DNA of 55,909 nucleotides. Source: an uncultured Chitinophagales bacterium. Its GTDB lineage: Bacteria; Bacteroidota; Bacteroidia; Chitinophagales; UBA2359. This document shows, piece after piece, positions 27,381 through 39,300 of this stretch (its first letter is position 1; every line of letters starts with the position of its first letter). The stretch covers positions 1 through 55,909 of the forward strand of contig CAZZIZ010000003.1 of assembly GCA_964654535.1 (NCBI GenBank), read 5' to 3'. The notes below the pieces were generated by a model. The model was not told where the DNA came from and did not search any database. It worked only from the letters and a program-made list of their open reading frames with translations. The position numbers and the translations under genes were made by a program.

Positions 27381-27703
27381 GTACAATATGTTTAGGTATT
27401 AAGAATTAATCTTCTGCAATGCCAAAACAAAGTGCCGGCTCGACATGTCAGGTCAAGATTTTAAGAGCTCAGTTGTCAAAACAAAATAAAATCAGGTTCA
27501 ACTCCCTTTGCGGACAAGTCTCGTCGCAATACGGGCTTAGGTGGTACTCTTTTTGCCGAGTAAGCATGTAATCGCCAAGTTACGTCTCTTTAATACATGG
27601 GTTTTCGGACTCATTTCGAATTAGAATATGCAAGCTGGATGCATTGAGCATCCACCCTGTCAATGGTATGTCCATTAGCAAAAAAGCTATTTAACTAATC
27701 GAA

Positions 27704-30700
27704 ATGATACAAACAAGTTCGAATTCTAGACAATGGGGATTGTCTACAATTGTTTTCTTACTATCCTTTTTTGGCCTCACAGTTTTGAATACGCAATCTG
27801 CGCAAGCGCAGTTGAATATTGTAGCCGATGTTACCCATGTAACCTGTAACGGGCTTTGCAATGGTGTGATTGATTTGACGATAACAGGAGGCGTAGGCCC
27901 TTACGAAGTACTATGGCTCGGTAGTTCTAATTCCGGTCTAACGGAATCTGGCTTATGTGAAGGTTCCCACGCGTACAGTGTATCGGATCTTGGAGATCCA
28001 GCTTCAGGCCCAGTATTTCAGCAAGTTTCTGTAATCGAACCCGATGTTTTGGTTGGATTTTTCGTCAATACAGCTATCCCCAGTTGTGATGGACTTTGCG
28101 ATGGATCAGCGACACTTGAAATTGTCGGTGGAACTGAACCGTATAACTTTAGTTGGCCAGCAGGTGCGACTGTCTCAGCAGATGGACTCAGCGCAACTGG
28201 TCTTTGTCCAGGACCTCTGGTGATCCCTATAACCGACGCAAATAGTTGTTCAACTGCCGCATCAAGTCAACTAGATTTTCCTGATCCAATTGTTCTAGCT
28301 ACTACTACGAGTGAAAACGCTACTTGCGCTGGTAATGATGGATCGGCTTCTGTTACAGCATCTGGAGGTAATGGGCCCTACGATTATCTCTGGAGTGACG
28401 GACAAATGGGAACTATGGCAAGTGGCCTCGCACCAGGTGACTATACTGTAGAAATAACAGACATGACAAATTGTATGGCAACAGCTATGGTAACTATTGG
28501 CGGAAGTACAAATACAATGATGGTCTCACTAGACCAAACTACTAATATCACATGCTTTGGCAGTCAAGATGGAACAGGTACCGCATCTGTATCTGGTGGT
28601 ACTCCGCCTTTTACTTACGCTTGGTCTTCTGGAACGGGCGATGGCTCTACTTCAAATACCTCAACTGCAACTGGATTAATTCCGGGTCCTGGCTCAGTGA
28701 CTATTACCGATGCCAATAGTTGCGAGGAGACCTTAATGTTTGATATAATAGAACCACCTGTTTTGGTTCTATCAATAGACGCAACTACGGACGTTTCTTG
28801 TCCTTTGGATGGTAATGGAACTGTTACTGCAAGTGCTACTGGTGGAAGTGGGAGTTATATATTCACATATACCGATGCAGTAAGTGGAGCAGATGTTACT
28901 GCTCAGGCTACATCAAATACACTACCTGGTGGAGATTACATCGCCACGGTTACAGACAGTATGAATCCAAGTTGTACTGATTCTATTCCTTTCTCTATTG
29001 TTGAACCTACTCCTATAACTGGTATGGTTGACAATGCGACAGATCCTACTTGTTTTGGAGCTATTGACGGAACAATAACTGTATCTGCTTCTGGTGGGAC
29101 AGGTAGTTTAAATTATGCTTGGTCGCCTTCTGGAGGTAACGCAGCGACTGCGTCTGGATTAGCGGCTGGAACTTATACAGTAACTATTACTGATGATGCT
29201 GGCTGTTCTATTGAGCTAACAGAAACTTTAATAGCTCCGACGGAGATTATCGCAGTTATCGATCCGCCAACAAACATTGCTTGCTTTGGTGAGACCAATG
29301 GTACCGCAACAGTTGTAGTAACAGGTGGCTCAGGAAACTTCGATTATTCGTGGTCTCCCTCTGGAGCTACTACCGCAACTGCAACAGGGCTGGGTTCAGG
29401 TCTTCACACAGTAACCGTTTCAGAACAAGGAAACCCTTCTTGTTTTGTAACCGATGATGTGACGATTTTTGAACCAAACTTATTAGAGGCTTCGGCAACA
29501 ACCACCGACGTTTCATGTTTTGGTCTTTCAGATGGAACAGCGACTTTAACCATAAGTGGTGGAAACGTTACCACTCCATACACAGAGGATTGGCAAGGTG
29601 TTGATCCGAACGCCTTGGCAGCTGGAAATTATGATGTCATCGTTACCGATGCCTCAAATTGTAGCTTGACCGTAAATGTAGTTATCAACGAACCAACAGA
29701 AATTATGGCATCAGTAGTACCTACTGATGTTTCTTGTTTTGGTGGAAGTGATGGATCTGCGACTGCGACAATAACTGGAGGAACGCCTCCTTACGTGGAA
29801 AACTGGAATGGCGCTGATCCCTTGGCTTTAATTGCAGGGTCATACATTCTTACCGTAACAGATGCTAATATGTGTTCTGTTGACGTCGATGTAGTTATCG
29901 CCGAACCTGCTGAATTTTCTGTTACGATTGTAGCTACGGATGCATTGTGCTTTGGTCAAAGTACTGGAACAGCTGTTCCAACTATAGTAGGTGGTACTGG
30001 ACCATTTACGGAAGATTACGGAAATGGAATTACTAGTGGAACTGCTCTTCCGGCAGGAAACTACACACTCACTGTTACTGATGCAAATTTCTGTACAGCG
30101 ACTACTACTCTTGACATTTTCGAACCAGTAGAATTGACTGGTTCGGTTGCAACTTCGAACGTAAGTTGCTTCGGACTAAGTGATGGTACGGCAGTAGGAG
30201 CAATTTCGGGAGGAACAGAACCTTACACTCTAAATTATGGCGGAGATGAAAACGCTCTCGCTGCTGGAACTTATACTTTACAAGTTACTGATGCTAATGG
30301 CTGTACACTCGATCTTCCATTTGACATCCTACAACCTGATGAAATCGTAGTAACACCTACAACCACTGATGTTTCATGTTTTGGCGGTTCAGATGGAACC
30401 GCTACATTAACAATTACTGGTGGTACTCCAACCTTTACAGAAAACTGGAATGGCGCTGACCCTAGCGCTTTAGCTGTTGGAACCTATCCTGTTACAATAA
30501 CCGATCTTAACGGTTGTTCGGTAGACATCGATGTAGTCATTAACGAGCCTTCTGAATTTTCAGTTACTGTTGTTACTACTGATGTTTTATGTTTCGGAGA
30601 AAGTACTGGAGATGTTGTACCAACAATTGTTGGAGGAACTGGACCCTTTACCGAAGATTACGGTGTTCCGGGTTACGTCGCAGGCCAATGTCCTGCTGGA

Positions 30701-33700
30701 AACTATACCTTAATAGTAACTGATGCGAACGGATGTACAGCAATGGTTGATTTCGAAATACTTGAACCTACAGAATTGACTGGCTCAGTTGTAACTACTG
30801 ACGTTACTTGCTTTGGACTTAGTGATGGTACAGTGGCAGCAACTATCACTGGTGGCACTCCACCTTATACAGAAGACTACGGCGGAGATCAAAATGCACT
30901 TGTTGCTGGTATGTATACTCTTACTGTAACTGATGCTAATGGCTGTTCACTTAATCTTCCATTTGATATCTTACAACCAGATGAAATAATAGTAACTCCA
31001 ACTACTACTGACGTTTCTTGCTTTGATGGTACAGATGGAACTGCGACTTTAACTATTACTGGCGGCACACCACCATTTACAGAAAACTGGAATGGTGCTG
31101 ACCCTGCTACTTTACCAGGTGGAACTTATCCAGTAACCGTTATGGATGCTAATGGATGTACTGTTGATATCGACGTTATCATCAACGAACCAGCAGAATT
31201 CTCAGTTACAGTTGCAACCACAGATGCTTTGTGCTTTGGTGAAAGCACAGGAATTGCAACTCCGACTATTGTCGGTGGTACTGGAATAGTTACAGAAGAT
31301 TACGGTGTAGGAAATGTTGGAACTGCTCTTGCAGCAGGTCCTTATACGCTGACTGTTACCGATGAGAATGGATGTACGGCTAGTACGGATTTTGAAATAT
31401 TTGAAGGACCAGAACTTAGTGCAACAGTTGCAACGACTGACGTGTCTTGTTTCGGATTAGCTGATGGTACAGCGGAAGCAACTATCACTGGCGGAACTGC
31501 ACCTTATACCGAAAACTTCGGTGGCGATCAAAACGCACTCGTTGCGGGGTCATATACATTACAAATAGTAGATACGAATGGATGCACTTTCGATGTTCCA
31601 TTTGACATCACCGAACCAAACGCGATTAACTTAACGGTAACGCCAACAAATGTTGGTTGTTTTGGAGAATCAACTGGATCTGCATTTGCTGAAGCAACCG
31701 GCGGCAACGGTATGTTTACATATACCTTTACCGATGCTACTGGCACTGATGTTGACGAAACTGCATTATCAGCTGGTAACTATACGGTTACTGCAACGGA
31801 CGCATCAGGTTGTTCTTTCACCGAAGACTTTGTCATTGAAGAAGGAGCAGAAATAGTTTTACAAACAAATGTGATCCAAAATGTCTCTTGTGCTGAAGCA
31901 CAAGATGGTCAAGTTGAAGTAACGGTTACAGGAACAACCGCTTTAATAGTTTCGACAGAATGGACAGATGCTACTGGAGGCCCAGTAAATCCTGACGCCC
32001 TTGCGGGTGGTGATTATAATGTATTGGTTACTGACGAAAACAACTGTACGGCAATAGGAACAGTAACGGTAACTGAGCCCGCCCCTCTTGTAGGAGATTG
32101 TACTTCAACAGAAATAAGTGGAGCTGGTCAAACCGATGGTAGCGTTGCTGTTAGTGTAACTGGTGGCGAAGGTACATACGCTTACGTGTGGGACGGCCTT
32201 CCAAACGATACGCCAACTATTGAAAACCTTGGACCTGGATCTTATATGGTTACGGTTACAGATGGCAATAATTGTTCTATTCAAATAGTTTGTGAAATTC
32301 TTGATGCTGACTGCGTTCCATTCACGATTCTAATTGACACAGTTGATGTTCTTTGCTATGGAGATGCGAATGGTTCTGCAACTGCAACGGTGACCGGTGG
32401 AGATGGAAACTATACTTTTGAATGGTTAGATAACCCTTCGACTACAGATCAAGCAGAAAACTACGCAGCAGGCTCTTACACAGTAATGGTTACCGATGGT
32501 GCTGGCTGTACTGGAATTGAAACATTTGACATTGCCGAGCCAGCAGAATTGTTCTGGGCTATTGACTGTGATATCACTCCAGTAAGTGCACCTGGATTAA
32601 CTGACGCTTCTATCACTGTTGAAGCTAGTGGAGGCACTGGTGTAATTACTTACGCTTGGGACAATGGACAAACTACAGCAACCGCTACTGGTTTGGGTGC
32701 TGGACCTCATACCGTCATTGCTACTGACGAAAATAACTGTTCAATAACAACGACTTGCACGATTCAAGATTTGAATTGCGACCCAATTACCTTAACCATA
32801 ACTCCTTCCGATCTGCTTTGTTTCGGAGATACAAATGGCTCCGCTATTGTTGACGTTATGGGCGGCGTAGGACCTTACACTTACGAATGGTCTGCAGATG
32901 CAACCGTAGATGCTGCAGAGATTATGGGGCTTTCGGCTGGACCGATAACAGTTACTGTTACTGATTCACAAAACTGTTCTGAAACTGCATCGAGTGAAAT
33001 CCTTGAGCCAGCTGAATTAATCTGGGCCATCGAGTGTGATATCACTCCAGTAAGTGCACCAGGTCAGACAGATGCTTCTATTAGTGTTGAAGCTATTGGT
33101 GGTACTGGAAACATTGATTACGTATGGGACAACGGGCAAACAACCGCAACCGCTACTGGCCTAGGAGCTGGTTCTCATACCGTAACTGTAACAGACGAAA
33201 ATAACTGTTCAATTACAACAACTTGTACTATTCAGGATTTGGACTGCGATCCAATAACATTAACAATAAACCCTGTAGATGCACTGTGCTTTGGAGATAC
33301 AAACGGCTCAGCAACTGTTGAAGTTGTTGGTGGTACTGCTCCATATATGTACGAATGGTCTACAAATGATTCAGGAACTGAAGAAGTAACTGGACTTTCA
33401 GCAGGACCAATAAGTATTATCGTTACCGATTCGCAAGGATGCTCTCAAACTGCTTCTAGTGATATTTTTGAGCCGGCTCTTTTAGAATTTGTTGGTGCTT
33501 GTGATGTTACCCCAGTTTCATCCGCAGTATCTAATGACGGTGAGATAACAATTTCAGCAATCGGAGGCACTGGTAACCTAACTTACGATTGGACACCAGA
33601 TGTGAGTACAAGTGAAAATGCTACTGGACTAGCACCTGGTTCATACACAGTGCTGGTAACAGATGAAAACAACTGTACAATAGAACAAACTTGTACAGTT

Positions 33701-36358
33701 CCATCAACTGATTGTGATGTATTTACGCTTTCTGCAGTAGAAAATGCAGAGACTTGCTTTGACGCAGCAGATGGCTCGATAAATATAACCATCGATGGTG
33801 GTCTACCTCCTTTCAACTACGACTGGACTCCAACAACGGCAATGATAAGTGGGTCAAACCCTACTGGATTGGCTCCTGGAACTTACGATGTAGTAGTTAC
33901 AAGTTCAGATAACTGTACTCAAACAGCATCTTACGAAATTCTTGCTGCTGACGAATTCATAGCTGAAGCAATTGCTACGCAATTGAATTGCGATGGTACA
34001 GGACAAAATGGAATTACAGTCGCGGTAACAGGTGGAAATGGCCCTGGCTTTGTTTATAGCTGGACACCGAATGTGAGTTCAACTGATTCGGCATCTGATC
34101 TTGATCCTGGTACGTATACCATTGAAGTAACAGACGATTCGAACTGTGTTTCAACGACAACTGCAATAATCAATGATAGTGCAATCCCAACAGCGACTTT
34201 TACAGCTGCACCGCAGCTTTGCGACTCAGAAAACTTGGAACTAGATATAATGGCATTCGGTCAAGGTTCGATTGTTCTAGAATTTACAATAAATGGAGAT
34301 CCTTATACAGTTCCCAATTTGTCGAATGGTCTTGGCTTTACTCAGGCCTATCCATTGTCAACCTTGGATACCTCATCCGGTCAACTCGACATAGAAATGG
34401 TTTCTGTAACTGCAGATGGTTGCCTAAACGACATGGTAAACGAATCTCTTTCAGTTATAGTCGTTTCAGCTATAGAGCTCGAAGCGCTTCCCGTTGAAAC
34501 TTGTTCAACTGACAACATGACCTTTACCGTTGAGTTCGAAATAAGCGGTGGAGATGCTGCAACCTATTCGGTTGATCCAGCAGGTTCAGGTACGCTAAGT
34601 ACTTCCGCTCCATACATCTTTACTTCTAATCCAATTACAAGTGGCGATTCATACTCATTTAATGTTATGGATAACTCAGGATGTGCAGCAATTACTGTGG
34701 ACGGAAGTTTCGATTGTAATTGTGAAACGGTGGTTGGAACAATCGATCTAACGCCAATTGAAATTTGCGATGACCAACAAGCTATGGTAACGATTCTGAC
34801 AGATCCAGTTTCAGACGGCGATGATGCCCAAATTTTCGTACTGCACGATAACAGTGGTGCTTCCATCGGCGACGCAATTCAATTTAGCGCAGATGGCGTG
34901 TTCGCTTTTACTCCTCCAATGGTACACAACACGACCTACTACATCTCAATGGTGATTGGAAATGAAGACACAACTACAGGTGTTGATTTGGCTGATCCTT
35001 GCCTTGATGTAAGTCCAGGAGTACCGGTAACATTCTTTCCATTTCCAGTTGCCCAACCAGGACCAAACGATGCTACTTGTAGCAACGAATACCAGCTTCA
35101 GGCCTTACTTGATACAGGAGCTACTGGTACTTGGGAAATCATTGACGATGGCGGTATCAACTTAACGATCTCAGATCTCAATGATCCTTCTGCTCTTGCA
35201 ACAGTTGACAACTTTGGTACAGTAGAACTCGCTTGGACGAGCGCTATGGGTGATTGCTCAGATACTGCGAACATCATTATTGAGTTCTTAGAAGTCATTA
35301 CTACTACGGTTGAACCAACTGCAGTAGTTTGTAATACTACTGATGGAGGCTCAACGATCGAACTAAGTGATTTGGTTTTATCCGGTGTATCTACTGGAAC
35401 TTGGACTGACGTTGCTTCGAGTGGAGCAAGTGCAACTGGCACTACTTACGACTTTAATGGTTTAAGTGCCGGCACATACACTTTCAACTATCAAACACCA
35501 AATAGCGGCGGCTGTCCTTCAGAATCGTTCGACGTGGAAATTACAGTTAATGATTGTACATCGACATTAGTTTGTCCAACCGTACTGACAATTGCAGAAG
35601 GAACAGAGGCTATTTGTGAGGGAGATTCAGTTGACTTAAGTGTCTACGAGTCATCGATTACTATTGACGATCCTGATGGCACATTCGATGGAATAGAATG
35701 GTTTGCGGATGATGCACACACAACACTTATCTCTGCCACTTTTGCTCCTCAATATACAGGCTCTTGTGATCCTCAAATAATAACTGCATACCCAGGTGTC
35801 CTATGCGACCTATCAGGAACAGTATTATCGGGTGGTGCAATTGAAATAACTGTATATCCAATTGCAACTGGGGAATTAGAGCTCAGCACAAGCGGATGTC
35901 AATTGACTGCGCAACTAGATTGTCCAAACTTCTCATTCGAGGGCACAGGACTTTATCAAACCATACCAGAAGACTTCGAGGAAATAACGCTTGAAATTTT
36001 TAATGAAGATGCAGTAAGTGCAGGGCTTGAGCCTTGTGGCAATACAATATCAAACAGTTTCAACTGTGATGAACTAATCAAATTCATTACGCTTCCAAAC
36101 GCATTTTCTCCTGATGGCGACGGCATGAACGACTTCTTTCATCCACTATTGATGACTGGAGTAAGTGATGTTAGGCTTGCTGTTTTCAATCGTTGGGGAC
36201 AAAAAGTCTTCTCGACAGAAGACATGTTCCACCAGGGATGGGATGGGAAATTCAACGGTGTCGACCAGGAAATAGGTGTATACGCCTACATAATGTCCGC
36301 AACATTTTTTGATGGGAAACAAAAAGTGTTGAAGGGTAACGTCACCTTAATAAGATAA
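27704..36358 (+). CDS. Giant (2,884 aa) SprB-repeat cell-surface protein with a T9SS type B sorting domain
   Basis: Signal peptide (...[10 protein letters not shown]). 28 copies of the ~75-aa SprB-type repeat (C.G..DG.....V.GG..PY.Y.W......GL..G.Y.V.V.D.N.C). A ~630-aa non-repeat region follows, then the C-terminal [16 protein letters not shown]...GVYAY...G.VTLIR domain. Confidence 0.9.
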   Translation: MIQTSSNSRQWGLSTIVFLLSFFGLTVLNTQSAQAQLNIVADVTHVTCNGLCNGVIDLTITGGVGPYEVLWLGSSNSGLTESGLCEGSHAYSVSDLGDPASGPVFQQVSVIEPDVLVGFFVNTAIPSCDGLCDGSATLEIVGGTEPYNFSWPAGATVSADGLSATGLCPGPLVIPITDANSCSTAASSQLDFPDPIVLATTTSENATCAGNDGSASVTASGGNGPYDYLWSDGQMGTMASGLAPGDYTVEITDMTNCMATAMVTIGGSTNTMMVSLDQTTNITCFGSQDGTGTASVSGGTPPFTYAWSSGTGDGSTSNTSTATGLIPGPGSVTITDANSCEETLMFDIIEPPVLVLSIDATTDVSCPLDGNGTVTASATGGSGSYIFTYTDAVSGADVTAQATSNTLPGGDYIATVTDSMNPSCTDSIPFSIVEPTPITGMVDNATDPTCFGAIDGTITVSASGGTGSLNYAWSPSGGNAATASGLAAGTYTVTITDDAGCSIELTETLIAPTEIIAVIDPPTNIACFGETNGTATVVVTGGSGNFDYSWSPSGATTATATGLGSGLHTVTVSEQGNPSCFVTDDVTIFEPNLLEASATTTDVSCFGLSDGTATLTISGGNVTTPYTEDWQGVDPNALAAGNYDVIVTDASNCSLTVNVVINEPTEIMASVVPTDVSCFGGSDGSATATITGGTPPYVENWNGADPLALIAGSYILTVTDANMCSVDVDVVIAEPAEFSVTIVATDALCFGQSTGTAVPTIVGGTGPFTEDYGNGITSGTALPAGNYTLTVTDANFCTATTTLDIFEPVELTGSVATSNVSCFGLSDGTAVGAISGGTEPYTLNYGGDENALAAGTYTLQVTDANGCTLDLPFDILQPDEIVVTPTTTDVSCFGGSDGTATLTITGGTPTFTENWNGADPSALAVGTYPVTITDLNGCSVDIDVVINEPSEFSVTVVTTDVLCFGESTGDVVPTIVGGTGPFTEDYGVPGYVAGQCPAGNYTLIVTDANGCTAMVDFEILEPTELTGSVVTTDVTCFGLSDGTVAATITGGTPPYTEDYGGDQNALVAGMYTLTVTDANGCSLNLPFDILQPDEIIVTPTTTDVSCFDGTDGTATLTITGGTPPFTENWNGADPATLPGGTYPVTVMDANGCTVDIDVIINEPAEFSVTVATTDALCFGESTGIATPTIVGGTGIVTEDYGVGNVGTALAAGPYTLTVTDENGCTASTDFEIFEGPELSATVATTDVSCFGLADGTAEATITGGTAPYTENFGGDQNALVAGSYTLQIVDTNGCTFDVPFDITEPNAINLTVTPTNVGCFGESTGSAFAEATGGNGMFTYTFTDATGTDVDETALSAGNYTVTATDASGCSFTEDFVIEEGAEIVLQTNVIQNVSCAEAQDGQVEVTVTGTTALIVSTEWTDATGGPVNPDALAGGDYNVLVTDENNCTAIGTVTVTEPAPLVGDCTSTEISGAGQTDGSVAVSVTGGEGTYAYVWDGLPNDTPTIENLGPGSYMVTVTDGNNCSIQIVCEILDADCVPFTILIDTVDVLCYGDANGSATATVTGGDGNYTFEWLDNPSTTDQAENYAAGSYTVMVTDGAGCTGIETFDIAEPAELFWAIDCDITPVSAPGLTDASITVEASGGTGVITYAWDNGQTTATATGLGAGPHTVIATDENNCSITTTCTIQDLNCDPITLTITPSDLLCFGDTNGSAIVDVMGGVGPYTYEWSADATVDAAEIMGLSAGPITVTVTDSQNCSETASSEILEPAELIWAIECDITPVSAPGQTDASISVEAIGGTGNIDYVWDNGQTTATATGLGAGSHTVTVTDENNCSITTTCTIQDLDCDPITLTINPVDALCFGDTNGSATVEVVGGTAPYMYEWSTNDSGTEEVTGLSAGPISIIVTDSQGCSQTASSDIFEPALLEFVGACDVTPVSSAVSNDGEITISAIGGTGNLTYDWTPDVSTSENATGLAPGSYTVLVTDENNCTIEQTCTVPSTDCDVFTLSAVENAETCFDAADGSINITIDGGLPPFNYDWTPTTAMISGSNPTGLAPGTYDVVVTSSDNCTQTASYEILAADEFIAEAIATQLNCDGTGQNGITVAVTGGNGPGFVYSWTPNVSSTDSASDLDPGTYTIEVTDDSNCVSTTTAIINDSAIPTATFTAAPQLCDSENLELDIMAFGQGSIVLEFTINGDPYTVPNLSNGLGFTQAYPLSTLDTSSGQLDIEMVSVTADGCLNDMVNESLSVIVVSAIELEALPVETCSTDNMTFTVEFEISGGDAATYSVDPAGSGTLSTSAPYIFTSNPITSGDSYSFNVMDNSGCAAITVDGSFDCNCETVVGTIDLTPIEICDDQQAMVTILTDPVSDGDDAQIFVLHDNSGASIGDAIQFSADGVFAFTPPMVHNTTYYISMVIGNEDTTTGVDLADPCLDVSPGVPVTFFPFPVAQPGPNDATCSNEYQLQALLDTGATGTWEIIDDGGINLTISDLNDPSALATVDNFGTVELAWTSAMGDCSDTANIIIEFLEVITTTVEPTAVVCNTTDGGSTIELSDLVLSGVSTGTWTDVASSGASATGTTYDFNGLSAGTYTFNYQTPNSGGCPSESFDVEITVNDCTSTLVCPTVLTIAEGTEAICEGDSVDLSVYESSITIDDPDGTFDGIEWFADDAHTTLISATFAPQYTGSCDPQIITAYPGVLCDLSGTVLSGGAIEITVYPIATGELELSTSGCQLTAQLDCPNFSFEGTGLYQTIPEDFEEITLEIFNEDAVSAGLEPCGNTISNSFNCDELIKFITLPNAFSPDGDGMNDFFHPLLMTGVSDVRLAVFNRWGQKVFSTEDMFHQGWDGKFNGVDQEIGVYAYIMSATFFDGKQKVLKGNVTLIR
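29699..31624 (+). repeat. Higher-order repeat: 3 x 642 bp, each unit being three SprB domains
   Basis: GAAATTATGGCATCAGTAGTACCTACTGATGTTTCTTGTTTTGG at 29699 recurs at 30341 and 30983. Protein units are (…ENWNGADP…)(…EFSVT…[11 protein letters not shown]…)(…LTGSV…YGGD.NAL.AG.YTL…). Confidence 0.85.
32303..33703 (+). repeat. Higher-order repeat: 3 units of 465/468/468 bp, each unit being two SprB domains
   Basis: Unit starts at 32303 (DADCVPFT), 32768 (DLNCDPIT) and 33236 (DLDCDPIT). The second halves are almost identical in protein ([28 protein letters not shown]...[36 protein letters not shown]). Confidence 0.8.
36080..36355 (+). other. T9SS type B (gliding-motility-associated, CHU_C-like) C-terminal sorting domain
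   Basis: [24 protein letters not shown]...[10 protein letters not shown]...GWDGKFNG...GVYAYIM...GNVTLIR. Confidence 0.85.
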
Positions 36359-36386
36359 AACAAAATTAATCGGAAAATTAATACAA

Positions 36387-39300
36387 ATGATCTCAGTAAC
36401 TTTTTTAAAGAGAGGACTCGGCCGCTGGCCCTTGTTTCTTCTTGTATTCCTTATTGTAGGATTGCAAGACTTAAACGCTCAGCAACCGTCAGAATGTTCG
36501 TGTGACGAATATTTGTACCTAAACGACTTCCAAACGGATGTGATCCATAAGTTTCGTGTAAACCAAGACGGCTCTACGACCGAGATTGGAAATCCATGGG
36601 CTACAGGAATAAATAACCCTCACGGGATTGGTTTAGACCCAAATGGCTTCTTGTATGTAGCTGAACTAGGTGGAGAGACCCATAGATTAAACTGTGATGG
36701 TCAAATTCTTGATTCTAGTGCTACTGATAATTCATCCGGCACGCTTAACCACGTAGTTATTGGAAACCACATCTTCTACAATAGAGCTGGCCAAATTTTG
36801 GCCTATAACCTTTGCTCAGGTAATTTTGTAGGACGACTTTGCTATAACAATAATGGCAGAGCAGCCTGGGGTTTTCAACTTGGTCCGGATGGCATGTTTT
36901 ACGTCACCGATAACTTCGAAGGTGGTATGGCTAATGGCGCTCCAAATGAGGGAAGTGTTTTCAGACTAAGTGCTGACTTAGCAGATTATACAGCCGGCAG
37001 TTGTTCCACAACTTATGCTCCTTTCATTGATGGATTAGGAGGCTTAAGAGGGGTTACAGTTGATAATCAAGGTAACGTTTATGTCGCTCAAAGGGATCCA
37101 GATAACGCTATACTCAAATTCAATAGTGCGGGACAACTTTTAGATACATTAGTAGATAACGCAAATGACCAAGTCGGTTTTAACAATCTCTTCGCACTTG
37201 TTTACGTCGAGTCTGTAGATTTAATTTATCTATCCAGTTGGTTCGACGACTGTATTGGCATAGTTGATCCAAACACATTGACTTACACGGGTGCTGCGGT
37301 TCCGTGGTTTCCCGGTACATCCGCAAAAGCAATGGGCGTAATTACTGAGTGCTGCCCTATTTCTATTCAACCTGATACGACTGTTGCTGTATGCGATAAT
37401 CCTGTTAGCAGATTGATTCTGCGAGAATATCTACCCTGTGACAATGTATGTGCAGGAGATTGGAATAGAACATCAGGTATTGGTGGATTTTTCGATTCTT
37501 GTACTTTAGAATTTATACCTGATGAAAATACGACTGATACGCAATTTTGTTTTTCGCGCCCTGACCACCCAAATAACTTTTGCGGTGGCATTGATTTTTG
37601 TATAAACTTCCAATTACAATGCTGCGAACTAGAAATTGATCAAGAAGCAGTTGACCAGACTGTTCAATGTGACGGGACTCTAGATGATTTCCAGGCCTGG
37701 TTGAACAATAATGGGAACGCTCAACTAGGCGGGAACGCTGCTGCCGACGTACATTGGACCAATAATTACAATGGTAACTTTAACTTTACCTGTGGAGGAG
37801 CTGGAAGCTTTACGGTAACTTTTACAGCCACAGCAAGCTGTGGATCTGAGGTATCTACTGAAGCGACATTTACAATTCTCGATACTAATCCACCAGTTAT
37901 TTCAACTCAAGCAAGCAATCAAGCTGTCAACTGTGATGGCTCTGGTAATACAGCTGCACTCAACGCTTGGTTAAACTCTAATGGAGGCGCATCTGCAACT
38001 GATTTATGCGGAGGAGTTACCTGGACAAACAACTTTAGCGGTAGTACAAACGACTGCGGAGCAACAGGAGTAGCTAATGTTACATTCTTTGCAACAGATA
38101 ACTGCGGAAACACGGCAACAACACACGGGCTATTTACGATAAGAGATAATGCACCGCCAGCTGTAACTTCTCAAGCACAAGACATTTCAGTTGAATGTGA
38201 CGGCAACGGGAATACAGCTGCACTCAACGCTTGGCTATCCTCAAATGGTGGTGCCAATGCTTCGGATGATTGCAGCAATGTAACTTGGACAAACAACTTT
38301 GATGCAAATAATTCATTTGCAATTTGTGATGGAACCGCTGGAACGGCAACAGTTACTTTTACTGGTTCCGACCAATGTGGGAATGCAGTAACTACTCAAG
38401 GTACATTTACAATAGTAGATGCGCTCAATCCAGTAATTACACAAGCACCATCTAATGCATCTGTTCAATGCGACGGTAACGGAAATCAAAATGACCTTGC
38501 CAATTGGCTTGCAAATAACGGAGGAAGCAGCGCTTCTGATCAATGTTCTGGAACGGATTTAATTTGGACAAACGACTATAATCCGAACAACTTCATTCAA
38601 GGCTGTGGAGCGTCAGGAGAGGTTCTAGTTATCTTTACTGCAACCGATGCTTGTGGAAACAACACGACCGCACAAGCTACATTTGAAATAATCGACAATA
38701 CTAATCCAACAATTTCAAGCCCAGCGGTTAGCGCGGTGGTTGAATGTGATGGAAACGGCAACACAACAGACTTAAACAATTGGCTAAACAACAACGGCGG
38801 CGCACAAAGTACCGATCAATGTTCTGGAAGTGAGATAACCTGGACAAACAACTATTCTCCAAATAATTTCAACACAGAATGTGGTGCTGCAGGAAGTGTA
38901 TTAGTAAGATTTACAGCTATAGACGATTGCGGAAATTCAGTATCTTCTACTGCGACATTTACAATAGAAGATACGACTGACCCTGCAATAGGATCAAATC
39001 CTCAGGACTTAGTTGTCGAATGCGACGGTTCTGGAAACACGAATCAGCTTAACAATTGGTTGAATAATAACGGTGGCGCGACCTCTAGTGATAGCTGTAG
39101 CCCGAACAACCAAATTGTTTGGTCAAATGACTATACTCCTGGCAGTTTTCCGTTTGATTGCGGTGCGTCTGGTGTACTTAACGTAACATTTACTGCTACC
39201 GACGATTGCGGAAACGCAACAAGTGCTCAAGCAACATTTACTATCGAAGACACAACTGACCCATTTATTGATGGAAACGGTGCTTTAGACATGACTGTAG

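Larger units (their letters stand above)
27812..34180 (+). repeat. Array of 28 SprB-type repeats inside the 2,884-aa gene
   Basis: Counted from the recurring GG(T/S/N)xP(Y/F)xxxW anchors in the translation. Confidence 0.8.

Noticed and set aside
27495-27506. GGTTCAACTCCC, which resembles a tRNA or tmRNA T-loop
   Set aside because: The flanking bases cannot form a 5-bp T-stem or an acceptor stem, and there is no CCA context or tmRNA tag frame nearby. I found no convincing tRNA anywhere in the window.
31528-35442. Short ORFs on both strands inside the 2,884-aa gene (for example 31528..31746, 33583..33816, 34564..34866, 35098..35442 on the minus strand; 31650..31856 and 34219..34497 on the plus strand)
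   Set aside because: They are out-of-frame or antisense by-products of a long, compositionally biased coding region, and none has a recognisable motif.
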